Below are positions 37,480-47,103 of a stretch of DNA of 64,000 nucleotides, in pieces. Numbering within the stretch: position 1 is the first letter of the stretch; the number at the start of each line of letters is the position of its first letter. The notes under the pieces are model-generated. The model ran no database searches and had not been told where the DNA came from. It saw only the letters and a list, made by a program, of their open reading frames with translations. The stretch spans positions 30,961 through 94,960 of the forward strand of contig JAFGFG010000001.1 of NCBI GenBank assembly GCA_016931255.1. The letters run 5' to 3'. This DNA is from Candidatus Aenigmatarchaeota archaeon. GTDB taxonomy: Archaea > Aenigmatarchaeota > Aenigmatarchaeia > QMZP01 > JAFGSV01. A program made the translations under genes and the position numbers.

Positions 37480-38184
37480 ATGGTTTCAATTGAAGATGCT
37501 ACAGTTGCGAGAATTTCCAGGGACGGACTCCATTTTGAGGTTCTTGTAGATTCTGACACAGCACTCAGGTACAAGAAAGGGGAAAACATTTCCATAGAGA
37601 ATGTCCTTGCCTCGCAGTTCGTTTTCAGCGATGCCCGGAAAGGCGAGAAGATTTCTGACGAGGATCTCGATAAGGTCTTCAAAACGCGTGACATATTTGC
37701 AATATCCGCAAGCATAATCAGGCACGGCGAGCTTCAGCTCACTACAGAACAGAGAAGGAAGTTCGCCGATGAGAAGAAGAGGCAGATAGCAGACATGATT
37801 TCAAGGCAGGGGATAGACCCCAAGACAAAGGCACCGCACCCACATCAGAGAATAATGAACGCAATGGATGAGGCGAAGGTGCATGTAGACCCATTCAGGG
37901 ACGCCAGGGAGCAGCTTAAGGAAGTGCTCGATGAGATACAGAAGGTGATTCCCATATCAATGGAGAAGGTCGACGTGTCAATCAGGGTTCCAATGAGTTA
38001 CGCCGGCAAGGCCAGCGCAGCTGTCAGGAGCATGGCTCCTGTGAAGAGCGAGAGCTGGAGTGGAGACGCATGGACGGCGGTAATAGAGATTCCGGCAGGA
38101 CTGCAGTCAGAGATATATGACAAGCTGAACAGCCTGACCGGAGGAACAGTTGAAGCTAAAATAATTAAGGAATATAAGGTATAG
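37480..38184 (+). CDS. sdo1: Ribosome maturation factor SBDS/Sdo1
   Basis: FEVLVD, GELQLTTEQRR, DPKTKAPHP. Confidence 0.96.
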   Translation: MVSIEDATVARISRDGLHFEVLVDSDTALRYKKGENISIENVLASQFVFSDARKGEKISDEDLDKVFKTRDIFAISASIIRHGELQLTTEQRRKFADEKKRQIADMISRQGIDPKTKAPHPHQRIMNAMDEAKVHVDPFRDAREQLKEVLDEIQKVIPISMEKVDVSIRVPMSYAGKASAAVRSMAPVKSESWSGDAWTAVIEIPAGLQSEIYDKLNSLTGGTVEAKIIKEYKV

Positions 38185-38194
38185 GTGAATTGAT

Positions 38195-38932
38195 ATGAGT
38201 GATTTACTCAAGAAAGACAGAGACTTCGTTGTACCTGGCGAAAAGCTCGTGGAGAGCATGGAGTACCTTCCGGGAAGGAACTGCTTCAGGGACGGCGATA
38301 TAGTCTTTGCAAAAAAGATGGGCCTGGTTAACATATCAGGCCGCGTTTTATCAGTCATACCTCTTAACGGCATATACATGCCGGCCAGAGACGACATGAT
38401 AATCGGAGAAGTCACAGACGTGCAGAGTAACGGATGGGTTGTCGATGTGGGCGCCCCGTACCAGGCATACCTCCCGCTTTCGGGCATCAGGGGATATCTG
38501 GATTCTGCGAAGACAGACCTTTCAAAGGTCTACGGCGTCGGTGACATGATATACGGAAAAATAAAGATGGTATCATCCACGCAGTCCGTGCACATCTCTA
38601 TGTTTGACAGGATGTGCAGGAAGTTCAGTGGCGGAAGGATACTGAAGGTCAACCCGGCCAAGGTGCCGCGCATAATAGGAAAGAGCGGTTCCATGATAGA
38701 CATGATAAAAAGGAAAACCGGCTGCAGGGTTGTAGTGGGACAGAACGGAGTCGTTTGGCTTGAAGGAGATTGTCCGAAAACAGAGGAATTCGTCATGGAT
38801 GTCATAAAGCAGATACAGGACAATTCGCACGTTGAAGGTCTCACGAATAAAATTGAAAAGGTGCTTGACAGCGGGAATTTCCCTGCGAGAGACAGAGTAC
38901 CTGATGAGGGTGTTGAATATGAAAAGGATTGA
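38195..38932 (+). CDS. rrp4: Exosome RNA-binding protein Rrp4
   Basis: VVPGE, S1 domain, KH VPRIIGKSGSMI, GQNG. Confidence 0.96.
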   Translation: MSDLLKKDRDFVVPGEKLVESMEYLPGRNCFRDGDIVFAKKMGLVNISGRVLSVIPLNGIYMPARDDMIIGEVTDVQSNGWVVDVGAPYQAYLPLSGIRGYLDSAKTDLSKVYGVGDMIYGKIKMVSSTQSVHISMFDRMCRKFSGGRILKVNPAKVPRIIGKSGSMIDMIKRKTGCRVVVGQNGVVWLEGDCPKTEEFVMDVIKQIQDNSHVEGLTNKIEKVLDSGNFPARDRVPDEGVEYEKD

Positions 38933-39599
38933 CGGAAGAAAAGCTGATGAACTGAGGGAGCTTGAGATAGAAGCCGGTGTTCTCAGGAACGCCACCGGAT
39001 CCGCAAGGGTCAGGATGGGCAGGACAATTGCAGTGGCAGGAGTCTACGGCCCAAGGGAGATGTTCCCGAGAAGGCTTCAGAAGAATGAGAAAGCTACAGT
39101 TCAGGTGAGGTACACGATGGCTCCATTCTCCACAGACGAGAGGGTAAGGCCGGGACGTTCAAGGAGAAGCCAGGAGATATCCATGGTGGCTGCAAATGCA
39201 CTTGAGGCTGCAGTCTTTACCGAGGACTTCCCAAAGGCTTCAATAGACGTCTTCGTGGACATAATACAGGCAGATGCCGGTACAAGGACAGCGGCAATAA
39301 ATGCGGCTGCGGTTGCACTTGCTGATGCAGGCGTTCCGATGAGGGACATGATCTGCTCTGTTGCCATAGGCAAGATAGACGGCACATACGTTGTCGACCT
39401 TGCAGGTAAGGAAGAGGACGCAAGCGTATGCGACTTCCCTGTATCATACATGCCAAACCTAAAGAAGGTAACGCACATGCAGATGGACGGCAACATCACC
39501 AAGAAAGACATGGAAGAGATGATGAAGCTGGTAGTCAAGACATGCGAGAAGATACACAAGGCGCAGAAAGAAGCGCTTGAAAAGAGGTGGTTGAAATGA
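38919..39599 (+). CDS. rrp41: Exosome exonuclease Rrp41
   Basis: RIDGRK..ELR, YGPRE, ADAGTR, QMDG. Confidence 0.96.
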   Translation: MKRIDGRKADELRELEIEAGVLRNATGSARVRMGRTIAVAGVYGPREMFPRRLQKNEKATVQVRYTMAPFSTDERVRPGRSRRSQEISMVAANALEAAVFTEDFPKASIDVFVDIIQADAGTRTAAINAAAVALADAGVPMRDMICSVAIGKIDGTYVVDLAGKEEDASVCDFPVSYMPNLKKVTHMQMDGNITKKDMEEMMKLVVKTCEKIHKAQKEALEKRWLK

Positions 39600-40372
39600 G
39601 AGTCCAGGACGATTTTGTCAGGAAGCTTGCCTCTGAAGGCAAGAGGATTGACGGACGGAAGATGGACGAGACCAGGCCCATAGAAATAATAAGCAGGCCG
39701 ATTGAGAAGGCCGAGGGCTCAGCGCTTGTCAGGATTGGCGACACGCAGGTAATAGCAGGGGTGAAGCTCAGCGTTGCAGAACCATATTCAGACAGGCCTG
39801 ACGAAGGCTCGCTTATGGCTGGCGCGGAATTCTCGCCCATTGCATCGCCTGACTTCGAGCCCGGTCCTCCAAACGCCGAGAGCATAGAGCTCGCCAGGGT
39901 CATAGACCGCGGCATCAGGGAGTCCGGCGCGATAGACGTGAAAAAGCTTTGCATAAAGAAAGGAGAAAAGGTCTGGATGGTGAGTGTTGACATAAACATA
40001 CTTGACAACCACGGGAATCTTCTTGACGCATCAGCCCTTGCTGCATCAGCAGCTCTGGCCAACACGGTTTTCCCTGCGCTTGACAAGGATGGCAAGGTCG
40101 ACTTCTACGCACCAAAGACCAAGACGAAGCTTCCGATAGCTTTCAAGCCTGTGGCATGCACCTTCTACAAGGTCGGCGACAAGATGCTTCTCGACCCCAC
40201 AAGGGACGAAGAGCACGCGGCCACTGCAAGGATAACCATAACCACAAGGGATGACGGCAATGTTGCTGCAATCCAGAAGGGTGGTATAGAAGGACTTACA
40301 GAAGAAGAAATCATGTATGCAGCTGAAACATCCATAAAGAAGGGGAAGGACATAAGAAAACTCATTAAATAG
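39587..40372 (+). CDS. rrp42: Exosome protein Rrp42
   Basis: KAEGSA, FEPGPP, ELARVIDRGIRES. Confidence 0.96.
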   Translation: MVEMRVQDDFVRKLASEGKRIDGRKMDETRPIEIISRPIEKAEGSALVRIGDTQVIAGVKLSVAEPYSDRPDEGSLMAGAEFSPIASPDFEPGPPNAESIELARVIDRGIRESGAIDVKKLCIKKGEKVWMVSVDINILDNHGNLLDASALAASAALANTVFPALDKDGKVDFYAPKTKTKLPIAFKPVACTFYKVGDKMLLDPTRDEEHAATARITITTRDDGNVAAIQKGGIEGLTEEEIMYAAETSIKKGKDIRKLIK

Positions 40373-40421
40373 GGTCCCCCCCCTATTAATTTATAAAAAT
40401 GGAATGCGAAAAGGTACTACT

Positions 40422-40634
40422 ATGAAAACCAAAAAAGTTGATGCAGCAGGAAAATTCGGCGCCAGATACGGTAAAAAGCTCAGGAAGAACTACATTATTG
40501 TTCATAAGAACAAGAAGATTGACTGGGAGTGTCCGAAATGCCTGAAGACTACTGTCAAAAGGGAGTCAGCAGGCGTATGGGTATGCACGAGCTGCGGAAA
40601 CAAGTTCGCCGGAAAAGCTTATAAGCCGGTCTAG
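40422..40634 (+). CDS. rpl37ae: 50S ribosomal protein L37ae (eL43)
   Basis: GKFGARYG, CPKC...GVWVCTSC. Confidence 0.95.
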   Translation: MKTKKVDAAGKFGARYGKKLRKNYIIVHKNKKIDWECPKCLKTTVKRESAGVWVCTSCGNKFAGKAYKPV

Positions 40635-40659
40635 TGTTAATGGTTTCAGGTGATATGAT

Positions 40660-40797
40660 ATGTACAAATGTCTTGGATGCGGAAGGAAGATAGAGGTGGA
40701 CATTGCGTCTGCCACAAAGATAATATGCCCGTCATGCGGATACAGGGTTCTTGAAAAGGAAAGGCCAAAAGTAGTGAAAATGGTCGAATCAGTGTGA
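40660..40797 (+). CDS. rpoP: RNA polymerase subunit P (Rpo12), not in the ORF track
   Basis: MYKCLGCG...ICPSCGYRVLEKERP; canonical position after rpl37ae. Confidence 0.93.
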   Translation: MYKCLGCGRKIEVDIASATKIICPSCGYRVLEKERPKVVKMVESV

Positions 40798-41132
40798 TTG
40801 ACATGGACCAGAACGACCTGCAGCAGACGATAATTCAGGCACAGTCAATCCAGCAGCAGCTTCATGTTCTTCATCAGCAGAAAGAAGCGCTGAACCTCCA
40901 GATGTTTGAAATAAACAAGGCCCTTGAGGAGCTCGGTAAGACAAAGGAAGAGGAAGTCTACAAGGTCACGGGACCCATTCTTGTGAAGATCAGCAGGGCT
41001 GATGCCAGAAGCGATCTCAATTCAAAGAGAGAGATGTCCATGCTCAGGATGAAAACAGTGGAGAAGAGCGAGGCTTCTGCAAAGAAGCAGATGGAAGACA
41101 TCAGGGAAAAGCTTTCAAAATCAGGAATGTGA
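40794..41132 (+). CDS. pfdB: Prefoldin beta subunit
   Basis: Coiled coils flanking VYKVTGPILVK. Confidence 0.92.
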   Translation: MIDMDQNDLQQTIIQAQSIQQQLHVLHQQKEALNLQMFEINKALEELGKTKEEEVYKVTGPILVKISRADARSDLNSKREMSMLRMKTVEKSEASAKKQMEDIREKLSKSGM

Positions 41133-41136
41133 GAAT

Positions 41137-41376
41137 ATGAGCAGGACAGAAGTGGTAAGCCTTCTTGAGGCAGTTGTAAAGGACAGGGGCGTTCCGAAGA
41201 ACGTCAAGAACAGCATAGAGGAAAGCCTTGAGATACTCAGGAAGGATGACAAGAACAATGAAAAGATATCCGAAGCCGCTTCAATCCTGGATGAGATTTC
41301 AAACGATCCGAACCTGTCCGTTTATTCAAGGACCGTACTGTGGGACGCTATATCAAAACTGGAAGCTCTCAAGTAA
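41137..41376 (+). CDS. UPF0147 family protein
   Basis: DRGVPKNVK, LDEISNDPNL..RT.LW. Confidence 0.9.
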   Translation: MSRTEVVSLLEAVVKDRGVPKNVKNSIEESLEILRKDDKNNEKISEAASILDEISNDPNLSVYSRTVLWDAISKLEALK

Positions 41377-41417
41377 ATGAGATTAAGTTTTTAAATAAGG
41401 AATTCAAGGAAGATACT

Positions 41418-41801
41418 ATGGTGCTAAAAAAACTGAGAAATGTAAGGAAAAACCTAATGTCCGGTGAAAAAACAGTCGGCTCCGGAAAAGAAGAATACAT
41501 TGAGGTTGATGTGGGCGGATTCCCTGGTGAATTTGCTCCGTTATCAGCGCCGCACGGAAAGATGGATATAATAATCGAAAGCGTCAAGGAATTCGGCGAC
41601 ACTGAAAGGGTTCTCAAGCATGTCCGCGAGGGCAGGATAGTTCTTATGAAGGTCAAGGCACTGAAGGAAAAGGACCTCGGAGAGCTCAAGAGGGTCGTTG
41701 AGAGATTCAAGAGGACCATACTTGCGCAGAACGGCGATATTGTCGGCATTGAGCAGGACTGGCTTCTTTTGGTTCCTTCACACGTGACAGTACACAGGTA
41801 A
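41418..41801 (+). CDS. sepF: Archaeal cell division protein SepF
   Basis: EEYIE, VREGRIV, GDIVGI...LLVP. Confidence 0.88.
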   Translation: MVLKKLRNVRKNLMSGEKTVGSGKEEYIEVDVGGFPGEFAPLSAPHGKMDIIIESVKEFGDTERVLKHVREGRIVLMKVKALKEKDLGELKRVVERFKRTILAQNGDIVGIEQDWLLLVPSHVTVHR

Positions 41802-41857
41802 AGGGATATCCGTCCGGATTTCTGAATTTATTTTTCTTTTTAGAAAGGGAAATGCAA

Positions 41858-42631
41858 TTAGAAGGATTTCATGGCTTCCTCGAAGACGTTTTCCTCGACA
41901 CCGACCTTCTTCTCAAAAGCTTTATTGAAAGCCTCGCTCAGCCTGTCATTATAATCGCAGAGACCGGTTTCCTTTATTGCAAGAAGTTCTTCACTGCTCA
42001 GTGTCTCAAATGAATCGAATATGTCCTTTGTTATGGCAATTCTGTCAACATTGTTTCCCTTCAGGTAGCTCATGAGCCTTATTTCGTTCAGCCTTATATT
42101 CCTTTCGTCCGGATCTTTTGTTTTGACCGCCATTCTCCACATTGCATCAAGGAACGTGTGTGCGCTTGAGCCCATCATGTAATCCCTGAAGGCGTCTTCT
42201 CCCTTGTTATCATATATTTCATCAGCTGTATTCATGTCGAACCTGTATGCAAGATTGATGCCGTCTCTTTCTGCTTTTTCGCGTTTCATTGTCTCTTCAC
42301 TGAACTGCTTATGTTGCTCCATTTCCATCAATTTAGAGGAGATTCTGTACATCTCTCTTGCCTTTCCGGCAATTCTTCTCCTGTCGGATGTATTTCCCTC
42401 ATTTACTCCAGTACCTGAATAACCGTCTGCTATTGCACGATATTCAGCAGGTAAGAGCAGTCCTGAATCCATGATTGGGCCTATCTCATTCTCCGGCACC
42501 CTGCCATCTCTGAGTGTAGTCATCACGTCCCAGAATTTTCTTCCCGAAGAAGAATTCGCATCACTATAGCTGAGAATAAAATCGTGGATATATCCCCTCT
42601 TTTCCGAAAATTCTCCGGATGACGTAAACAT
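41858..42631 (-). CDS. Hypothetical helical protein
   Basis: 257-aa ORF. Confidence 0.6.
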   Translation of the reverse strand: MFTSSGEFSEKRGYIHDFILSYSDANSSSGRKFWDVMTTLRDGRVPENEIGPIMDSGLLLPAEYRAIADGYSGTGVNEGNTSDRRRIAGKAREMYRISSKLMEMEQHKQFSEETMKREKAERDGINLAYRFDMNTADEIYDNKGEDAFRDYMMGSSAHTFLDAMWRMAVKTKDPDERNIRLNEIRLMSYLKGNNVDRIAITKDIFDSFETLSSEELLAIKETGLCDYNDRLSEAFNKAFEKKVGVEENVFEEAMKSF

Positions 42632-42717
42632 AACATCACTTTGTTACTATTTAGTAGTTATTTATTTATAAACGTTTATTCTTCTGATTAAAAGAATAGG
42701 AGCATCAAATTTAAATT

Positions 42718-43911
42718 TCAGTCACAGTTCTTCTTCCGGAGGTATATCCTTTCGATGAGCTCTTTCCTTCCGAATTTCGCCACTGCCTTCTTTATCTCCT
42801 CGGGCCAGTCTGTGTCTTCCATCTTGTTCGACAGGAGGAACGTATCGAGCGCAGCGACATCCTTCATCAGGCCGGCCTTGTTCAGGAAATCCTCAAGGTC
42901 AGCCCGTCCCTCGTCATTCTTTCCGGGAAATTTGAATTTCTCCGCTGACCATATCCTTGCTGCGTATCCGGAGCCGCCGACTGTAGTGACATTGTTTTCC
43001 TTAGCAAATTCGGTTAGTTTCTCTTTGACAGTGTCCATCTCAGCATCTATTTCTTTCCTTTTCGCAGTGAGTTCAGCGTACCTGTTGACAAGGCTGACCC
43101 CGGGCTCTTTCAGGAAGTTCTTTAGTGAAAGCCCTTCGGTTCTGGCTATGTGCGCCCATTCCGGGCACATTGACCTGAACTCACACCATTCACACAGGTT
43201 TGACTTCTTCGTCGGAAAGTCTTTTGCAGATTCTATTCTCTCTATGTCCGATATTACGGAGAGTTTGAGCTTCTCCAGTTCCTCATCAGTCTTCTCCAGC
43301 ATCACGTCCTGGTTGAATGAGAGGAAGTGCCATATCAGTCTTATTTTTCTGGCATTGGGGTAGCTGTCCTTTACCGCAAGGGCGTAAAGTGCCAGCTGGC
43401 GGTCCTCTTCAATGTATTCCTTCAGCGGAAGCGATGAGTTGGTCTTGTAGTCGTGTATTTCATAGGTGCCGTCATCTGTGAGCGCGAGACGGTCTATGTA
43501 TCCCTGAAGCTTGTACTTTCCGTTCCTGTTGAGGTCTATCACTATCCTCTGCTCAAGCCCCACTGTCTTGGTCTGGTCGAATGGTTTATGGGTGTTGTAG
43601 TAATCAGTTATGAACTTCTCTCCCATCTTCATGTAATTCTCAGGCTTGTAGTCCTTTCTGACTATGAGTATCGACGGACTCCAGTTCTTCTCCCACTGAT
43701 CCCTGAAATATGAAATCAGCTCTTTGAGTGTGGCAATCTTCTGGAACTTCATGTCCCTGTACAGCTTCTCCATTGTCTCGTGCACAGTGGAACCCAGAAA
43801 GGCCTCGACACTCTGCTCTATCTCAGGCCGTATCTTCTCTATGTATTTCAGCTTAAACCTGTAAGGGCAGTTGAGGAATGTGGATATCCTTGAATGGGAA
43901 TAAAGTACCAT
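42718..43911 (-). CDS. RecB/AddB/Cas4-like PD-(D/E)xK nuclease with Fe-S ligands and C-terminal extension
   Basis: SHSRI..CP, G..VH, GYIDR, DYKT, QLALY, CEWCEFRSMC. Confidence 0.9.
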   Translation of the reverse strand: MVLYSHSRISTFLNCPYRFKLKYIEKIRPEIEQSVEAFLGSTVHETMEKLYRDMKFQKIATLKELISYFRDQWEKNWSPSILIVRKDYKPENYMKMGEKFITDYYNTHKPFDQTKTVGLEQRIVIDLNRNGKYKLQGYIDRLALTDDGTYEIHDYKTNSSLPLKEYIEEDRQLALYALAVKDSYPNARKIRLIWHFLSFNQDVMLEKTDEELEKLKLSVISDIERIESAKDFPTKKSNLCEWCEFRSMCPEWAHIARTEGLSLKNFLKEPGVSLVNRYAELTAKRKEIDAEMDTVKEKLTEFAKENNVTTVGGSGYAARIWSAEKFKFPGKNDEGRADLEDFLNKAGLMKDVAALDTFLLSNKMEDTDWPEEIKKAVAKFGRKELIERIYLRKKNCD

Positions 43912-43965
43912 AGTAAGATTTGATTTTCCTGTATTATAATTGCTTCCCCTTCAATGTGAGTAAAC

Positions 43966-43981
43966 TACTTAAATATGAGTA
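43966..43981. promoter_or_regulatory. Candidate RbkR operator
   Basis: TACTTA-AATA-TGAGTA imperfect palindrome ending 14 nt before ATG 43996. Confidence 0.5.
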
Positions 43982-43995
43982 ATAATATAATCCCT

Positions 43996-44664
43996 ATGGA
44001 ACTCCTGAGGATTATAATATATCTCGCGAAGAAAGGTGCTCTTTCCAGACCTGTGGGTGTCACTACATCCAACATAGGCAATGAGCTCGGGCTATCCCAG
44101 CAGAGTGTCAGCAGGTGGCTTCTCTCACTTGAAAAGAAGGGTTACATGGAAAGGAGCCATGGCATACGGGGATATATGGTACAGCTGACAAACGATGGCA
44201 GGAAGTATATGATTGAACTCAGGAGAGGACTTGACGAGGCTCTCTCGGAATGCGGAAAGATGATAATAAAGGGGCGTGTTGTCTCCGGAATGGGTGAAGG
44301 GCAGTATTACATAGGGCTTGAGGGATACGCAAAAGGCATAAAGGAGATGCTGGGATTCTCACCGTTTTCGGGGACGCTAAACCTGAAGCTCAAGACACTG
44401 AGGGAATTCCAGTTCAAGGAAAAGCTTTCCGCATGCAAAGGCATAATGATACCAAGTTTCAGTGATGATGAAAGAACATTCGGCTCACTGAAGTGCTTCC
44501 ATGCATCCATAAAGGAAAGGGTATGCGCAATCATAATACCCGAGAGGAGCCATTACGGGAACGACATGCTGGAAATAATCGCTCCTGTCAATCTAAGGAA
44601 TGTATTGGGACTCGCTGACGGTGACGATGTAAGCGTTGAGGTGAATGTTGGTGAAAACTTATGA
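43996..44664 (+). CDS. ribK: CTP-dependent riboflavin kinase with N-terminal HTH (RibK/RbkR)
   Basis: LGLSQQSVSR HTH, SGMGEGQYY, GTLN, PERSHY, EIIAP. Confidence 0.93.
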   Translation: MELLRIIIYLAKKGALSRPVGVTTSNIGNELGLSQQSVSRWLLSLEKKGYMERSHGIRGYMVQLTNDGRKYMIELRRGLDEALSECGKMIIKGRVVSGMGEGQYYIGLEGYAKGIKEMLGFSPFSGTLNLKLKTLREFQFKEKLSACKGIMIPSFSDDERTFGSLKCFHASIKERVCAIIIPERSHYGNDMLEIIAPVNLRNVLGLADGDDVSVEVNVGENL

Positions 44665-45205
44665 AATAACAGCTGCAGCTGCCCTTGCTTCAATATCAGC
44701 TGTATTACAGATACTGCATATAGGATGGGCATCTCCTTGGGGAATATGGATTGACCTTGTCGCAGTCTCATGGATAGTTGCGTACTTCCTTTACGGGGGA
44801 AGGACAGCGCTAGTAGTCTCACTGGTTGGTGCCATAATAATAACATTCTCCGCTCCGAGCACATGGCTTGGCGCCCTGATGAAGTGGGTTTCCACAGTGC
44901 CTCTCATATTCATCATGATATTATTCGAAAAGCTGATGAGAATAAAGGTCAGGGAGTACTCGAAGCTTAAGCACGGAATTGCAGCAGTTGCAGTTGCAGT
45001 TGTGCTGAGAGGACTGATAACGATACCATTCAACTACTACTTCGCGATTCCCATATGGACCGGATGGAGTCCGGCAGAAGCCATCGAAATGATACCATGG
45101 TGGGCGATATTCGCGATAAACGCAGTACAGACAGCGATTGAATTTTCTGTTGCGTGGCTTATTGTCTTCAGATTCAGGTTAAACAGGTTTTCAGCGTGGG
45201 AATAG
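44645..45205 (+). CDS. ECF transporter substrate-specific S component (probably riboflavin)
   Basis: Multi-TM protein with AxxxA in helix 1; coupled to ribK and ecfA/T. Confidence 0.75.
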   Translation: MLVKTYEITAAAALASISAVLQILHIGWASPWGIWIDLVAVSWIVAYFLYGGRTALVVSLVGAIIITFSAPSTWLGALMKWVSTVPLIFIMILFEKLMRIKVREYSKLKHGIAAVAVAVVLRGLITIPFNYYFAIPIWTGWSPAEAIEMIPWWAIFAINAVQTAIEFSVAWLIVFRFRLNRFSAWE

Positions 45206-45933
45206 CAATAAGGAATGTTTCTTTCAGCTATCCAGGAAAGGATATACTGAAAGGCATTGACATGGACATAGAAGACGGTGATTTCGCAGGCATAACAGGT
45301 TCAACCGGCTCCGGAAAGACAACCCTTGCTTATTGCCTTAACGGGCTCATACCGCACTCCATTCGTGGAAAATTTTCAGGAAAGGTGCATGTAAACGGCT
45401 TTGACACGACCAAAGAAAAGATTTCACGTCTTTCCAGAAAAGTGGGCTTTGTGTTTCAGGATCCGGACTGGCAGATATTCAGCCTCACAGTAAAAGATGA
45501 AGTCGCATTCGGTCTCAAAAACATCGGTGCCCGTGACATAGATTCAAAGGTCATGAACGCATTGATAATGGTGGAACTTGACGGAATGGAGGAGATGATG
45601 CCCCAGAACCTTTCGCATGGCCAGAAGCAGAAGCTGTGCATAGCATCCGTCCTTGCCATGGACCCTGACATCATAGTCATGGACGAGCCAACCTCGCAAC
45701 TGGATTACAGGAGCACGATGAACGTGTACGGCATACTGAAGAAGCTCAATGAAAGTGGAAAGACAATTATAGTCATAGAGCACAACACAGACCTTATTTC
45801 TGAATATGCGAACAGGGTGTTTATCCTTGACAACGGAACTATTATAAAAGAAGGAAGTCCGAAAAAAGTGCTGTCAGACAGGAAGCTTATGGAAAAGCTC
45901 GGTATAAAAATCCCATGGGTGTACAGGAAATGA
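45196..45933 (+). CDS. ecfA: ECF transporter ATPase
   Basis: GSTGSGKT, FQDPDWQ, LSHGQKQ, DEPT, EH. Confidence 0.92.
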   Translation: MGIAIRNVSFSYPGKDILKGIDMDIEDGDFAGITGSTGSGKTTLAYCLNGLIPHSIRGKFSGKVHVNGFDTTKEKISRLSRKVGFVFQDPDWQIFSLTVKDEVAFGLKNIGARDIDSKVMNALIMVELDGMEEMMPQNLSHGQKQKLCIASVLAMDPDIIVMDEPTSQLDYRSTMNVYGILKKLNESGKTIIVIEHNTDLISEYANRVFILDNGTIIKEGSPKKVLSDRKLMEKLGIKIPWVYRK

Positions 45934-46499
45934 ACCCGAAGATAAAGCTCTTCTCGCTGGTTGCACTGTCGAGCATGATGATAATATTTCCGGAGCCTTT
46001 ATTCATAGCTGCTGCAGCTGTGCTGTCAGTTGCCTTTATTTTCATAAGGCGCGTTCATATGAGGTTCATGCCATGGCTGAAGCCCATTTTCATTGTTTTT
46101 CTGATGATAATAGCATTCCAGTCCATTGCTGTTTCAGGACTGATTTTCAGCCTGGAAGGTGCATATTTCGGCCTGCTGTTCTCCCTGAGGATTCTTGCTC
46201 TCATAAGCCTTGTTTTCCTTTTCGTGGAAACAACACCGGCCAGCGAGCTTTCCGGTGCATTCAGTTTCCTTCCCAGGGATATCTCCCAGATACTCATGCT
46301 TTCACTTTCAATGGTTCCGGGAGTGGCTGTTCTCGGAGAAAACATAATAAATTCCCAGAAAGCGAGGGGCATGAATTTCATGAATCCCAATATATTCAGG
46401 ACGTACTTTCCGGTGCTCGTTCCGTTGTTTGCTAAGACACTTTACAGGTCAGAGAAGATGTCACTGGCCATGCAGGCGCGCGGATATGGCAGCAGTTGA
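45930..46499 (+). CDS. ecfT: ECF transporter transmembrane T component
   Basis: SQKARG and AMQARGY motifs. Confidence 0.9.
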   Translation: MNPKIKLFSLVALSSMMIIFPEPLFIAAAAVLSVAFIFIRRVHMRFMPWLKPIFIVFLMIIAFQSIAVSGLIFSLEGAYFGLLFSLRILALISLVFLFVETTPASELSGAFSFLPRDISQILMLSLSMVPGVAVLGENIINSQKARGMNFMNPNIFRTYFPVLVPLFAKTLYRSEKMSLAMQARGYGSS

Positions 46500-46556
46500 T
46501 GACCGGAGGACGCGAACCGGAACAACTTCATTTTAATGCTGAAACCCAATATCAAC

Positions 46557-46859
46557 ATGGAAGAAAAATTCTGCTACAAGGAACACCGGTCAGGAGTTGA
46601 AGTGACACTCGCTGTCTGCGACAGTGAGATTTCAGGCAGTGTCCTGAAATTCGGCGATGTTGATTTCGAAGTAAGCAAAGACTTCTACGGGAATGATGCT
46701 ACAGACGCCGGCCATATACTTGAGCTCGTCGAGAGGGCGAAGATAGTCAATGCTGTTGGAAAAAATATCATAAAGCTGCTCGAAAGCAACGGGCTCGTGC
46801 ACAGTAACTCGGTACTAATGATAGACGGCGTCCCGCATGTCCAGATAATAAACAGCTAG
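46557..46859 (+). CDS. DUF424 family protein
   Basis: LAVCD, FYG, NAVG, IDGVPHVQ. Confidence 0.88.
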   Translation: MEEKFCYKEHRSGVEVTLAVCDSEISGSVLKFGDVDFEVSKDFYGNDATDAGHILELVERAKIVNAVGKNIIKLLESNGLVHSNSVLMIDGVPHVQIINS

Positions 46860-47080
46860 AATCCTGTGTAGTATTTCTTAAGATTTCCCTGATCGTCCGA
46901 TATGACACCGGACCGTGCTCCTGATGCGGATGATCTTGGGTGGTCATTGACAATCCCTATACGGGAAGGATAAGCATGGTCGCTCCTGTCACCGTGAGAG
47001 AACTCGTCTTCAGGAATGTATATCGTCATGAACGGGTTGTTTCCGGGTATGATTACTCTTCTGGAATTCTCAGGTTCCAT
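46856..47080 (-). CDS. Hypothetical protein
   Basis: 74-aa ORF downstream of rad50. Confidence 0.35.
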   Translation of the reverse strand: MEPENSRRVIIPGNNPFMTIYIPEDEFSHGDRSDHAYPSRIGIVNDHPRSSASGARSGVISDDQGNLKKYYTGF

Positions 47081-47103
47081 GATAATACTTGACAGCGAAA
47101 GAA

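Noticed and set aside
42718..43911. CRISPR-associated cas4
   Set aside because: No cas1/cas2 or array in the window; treated as a solo RecB-family nuclease.
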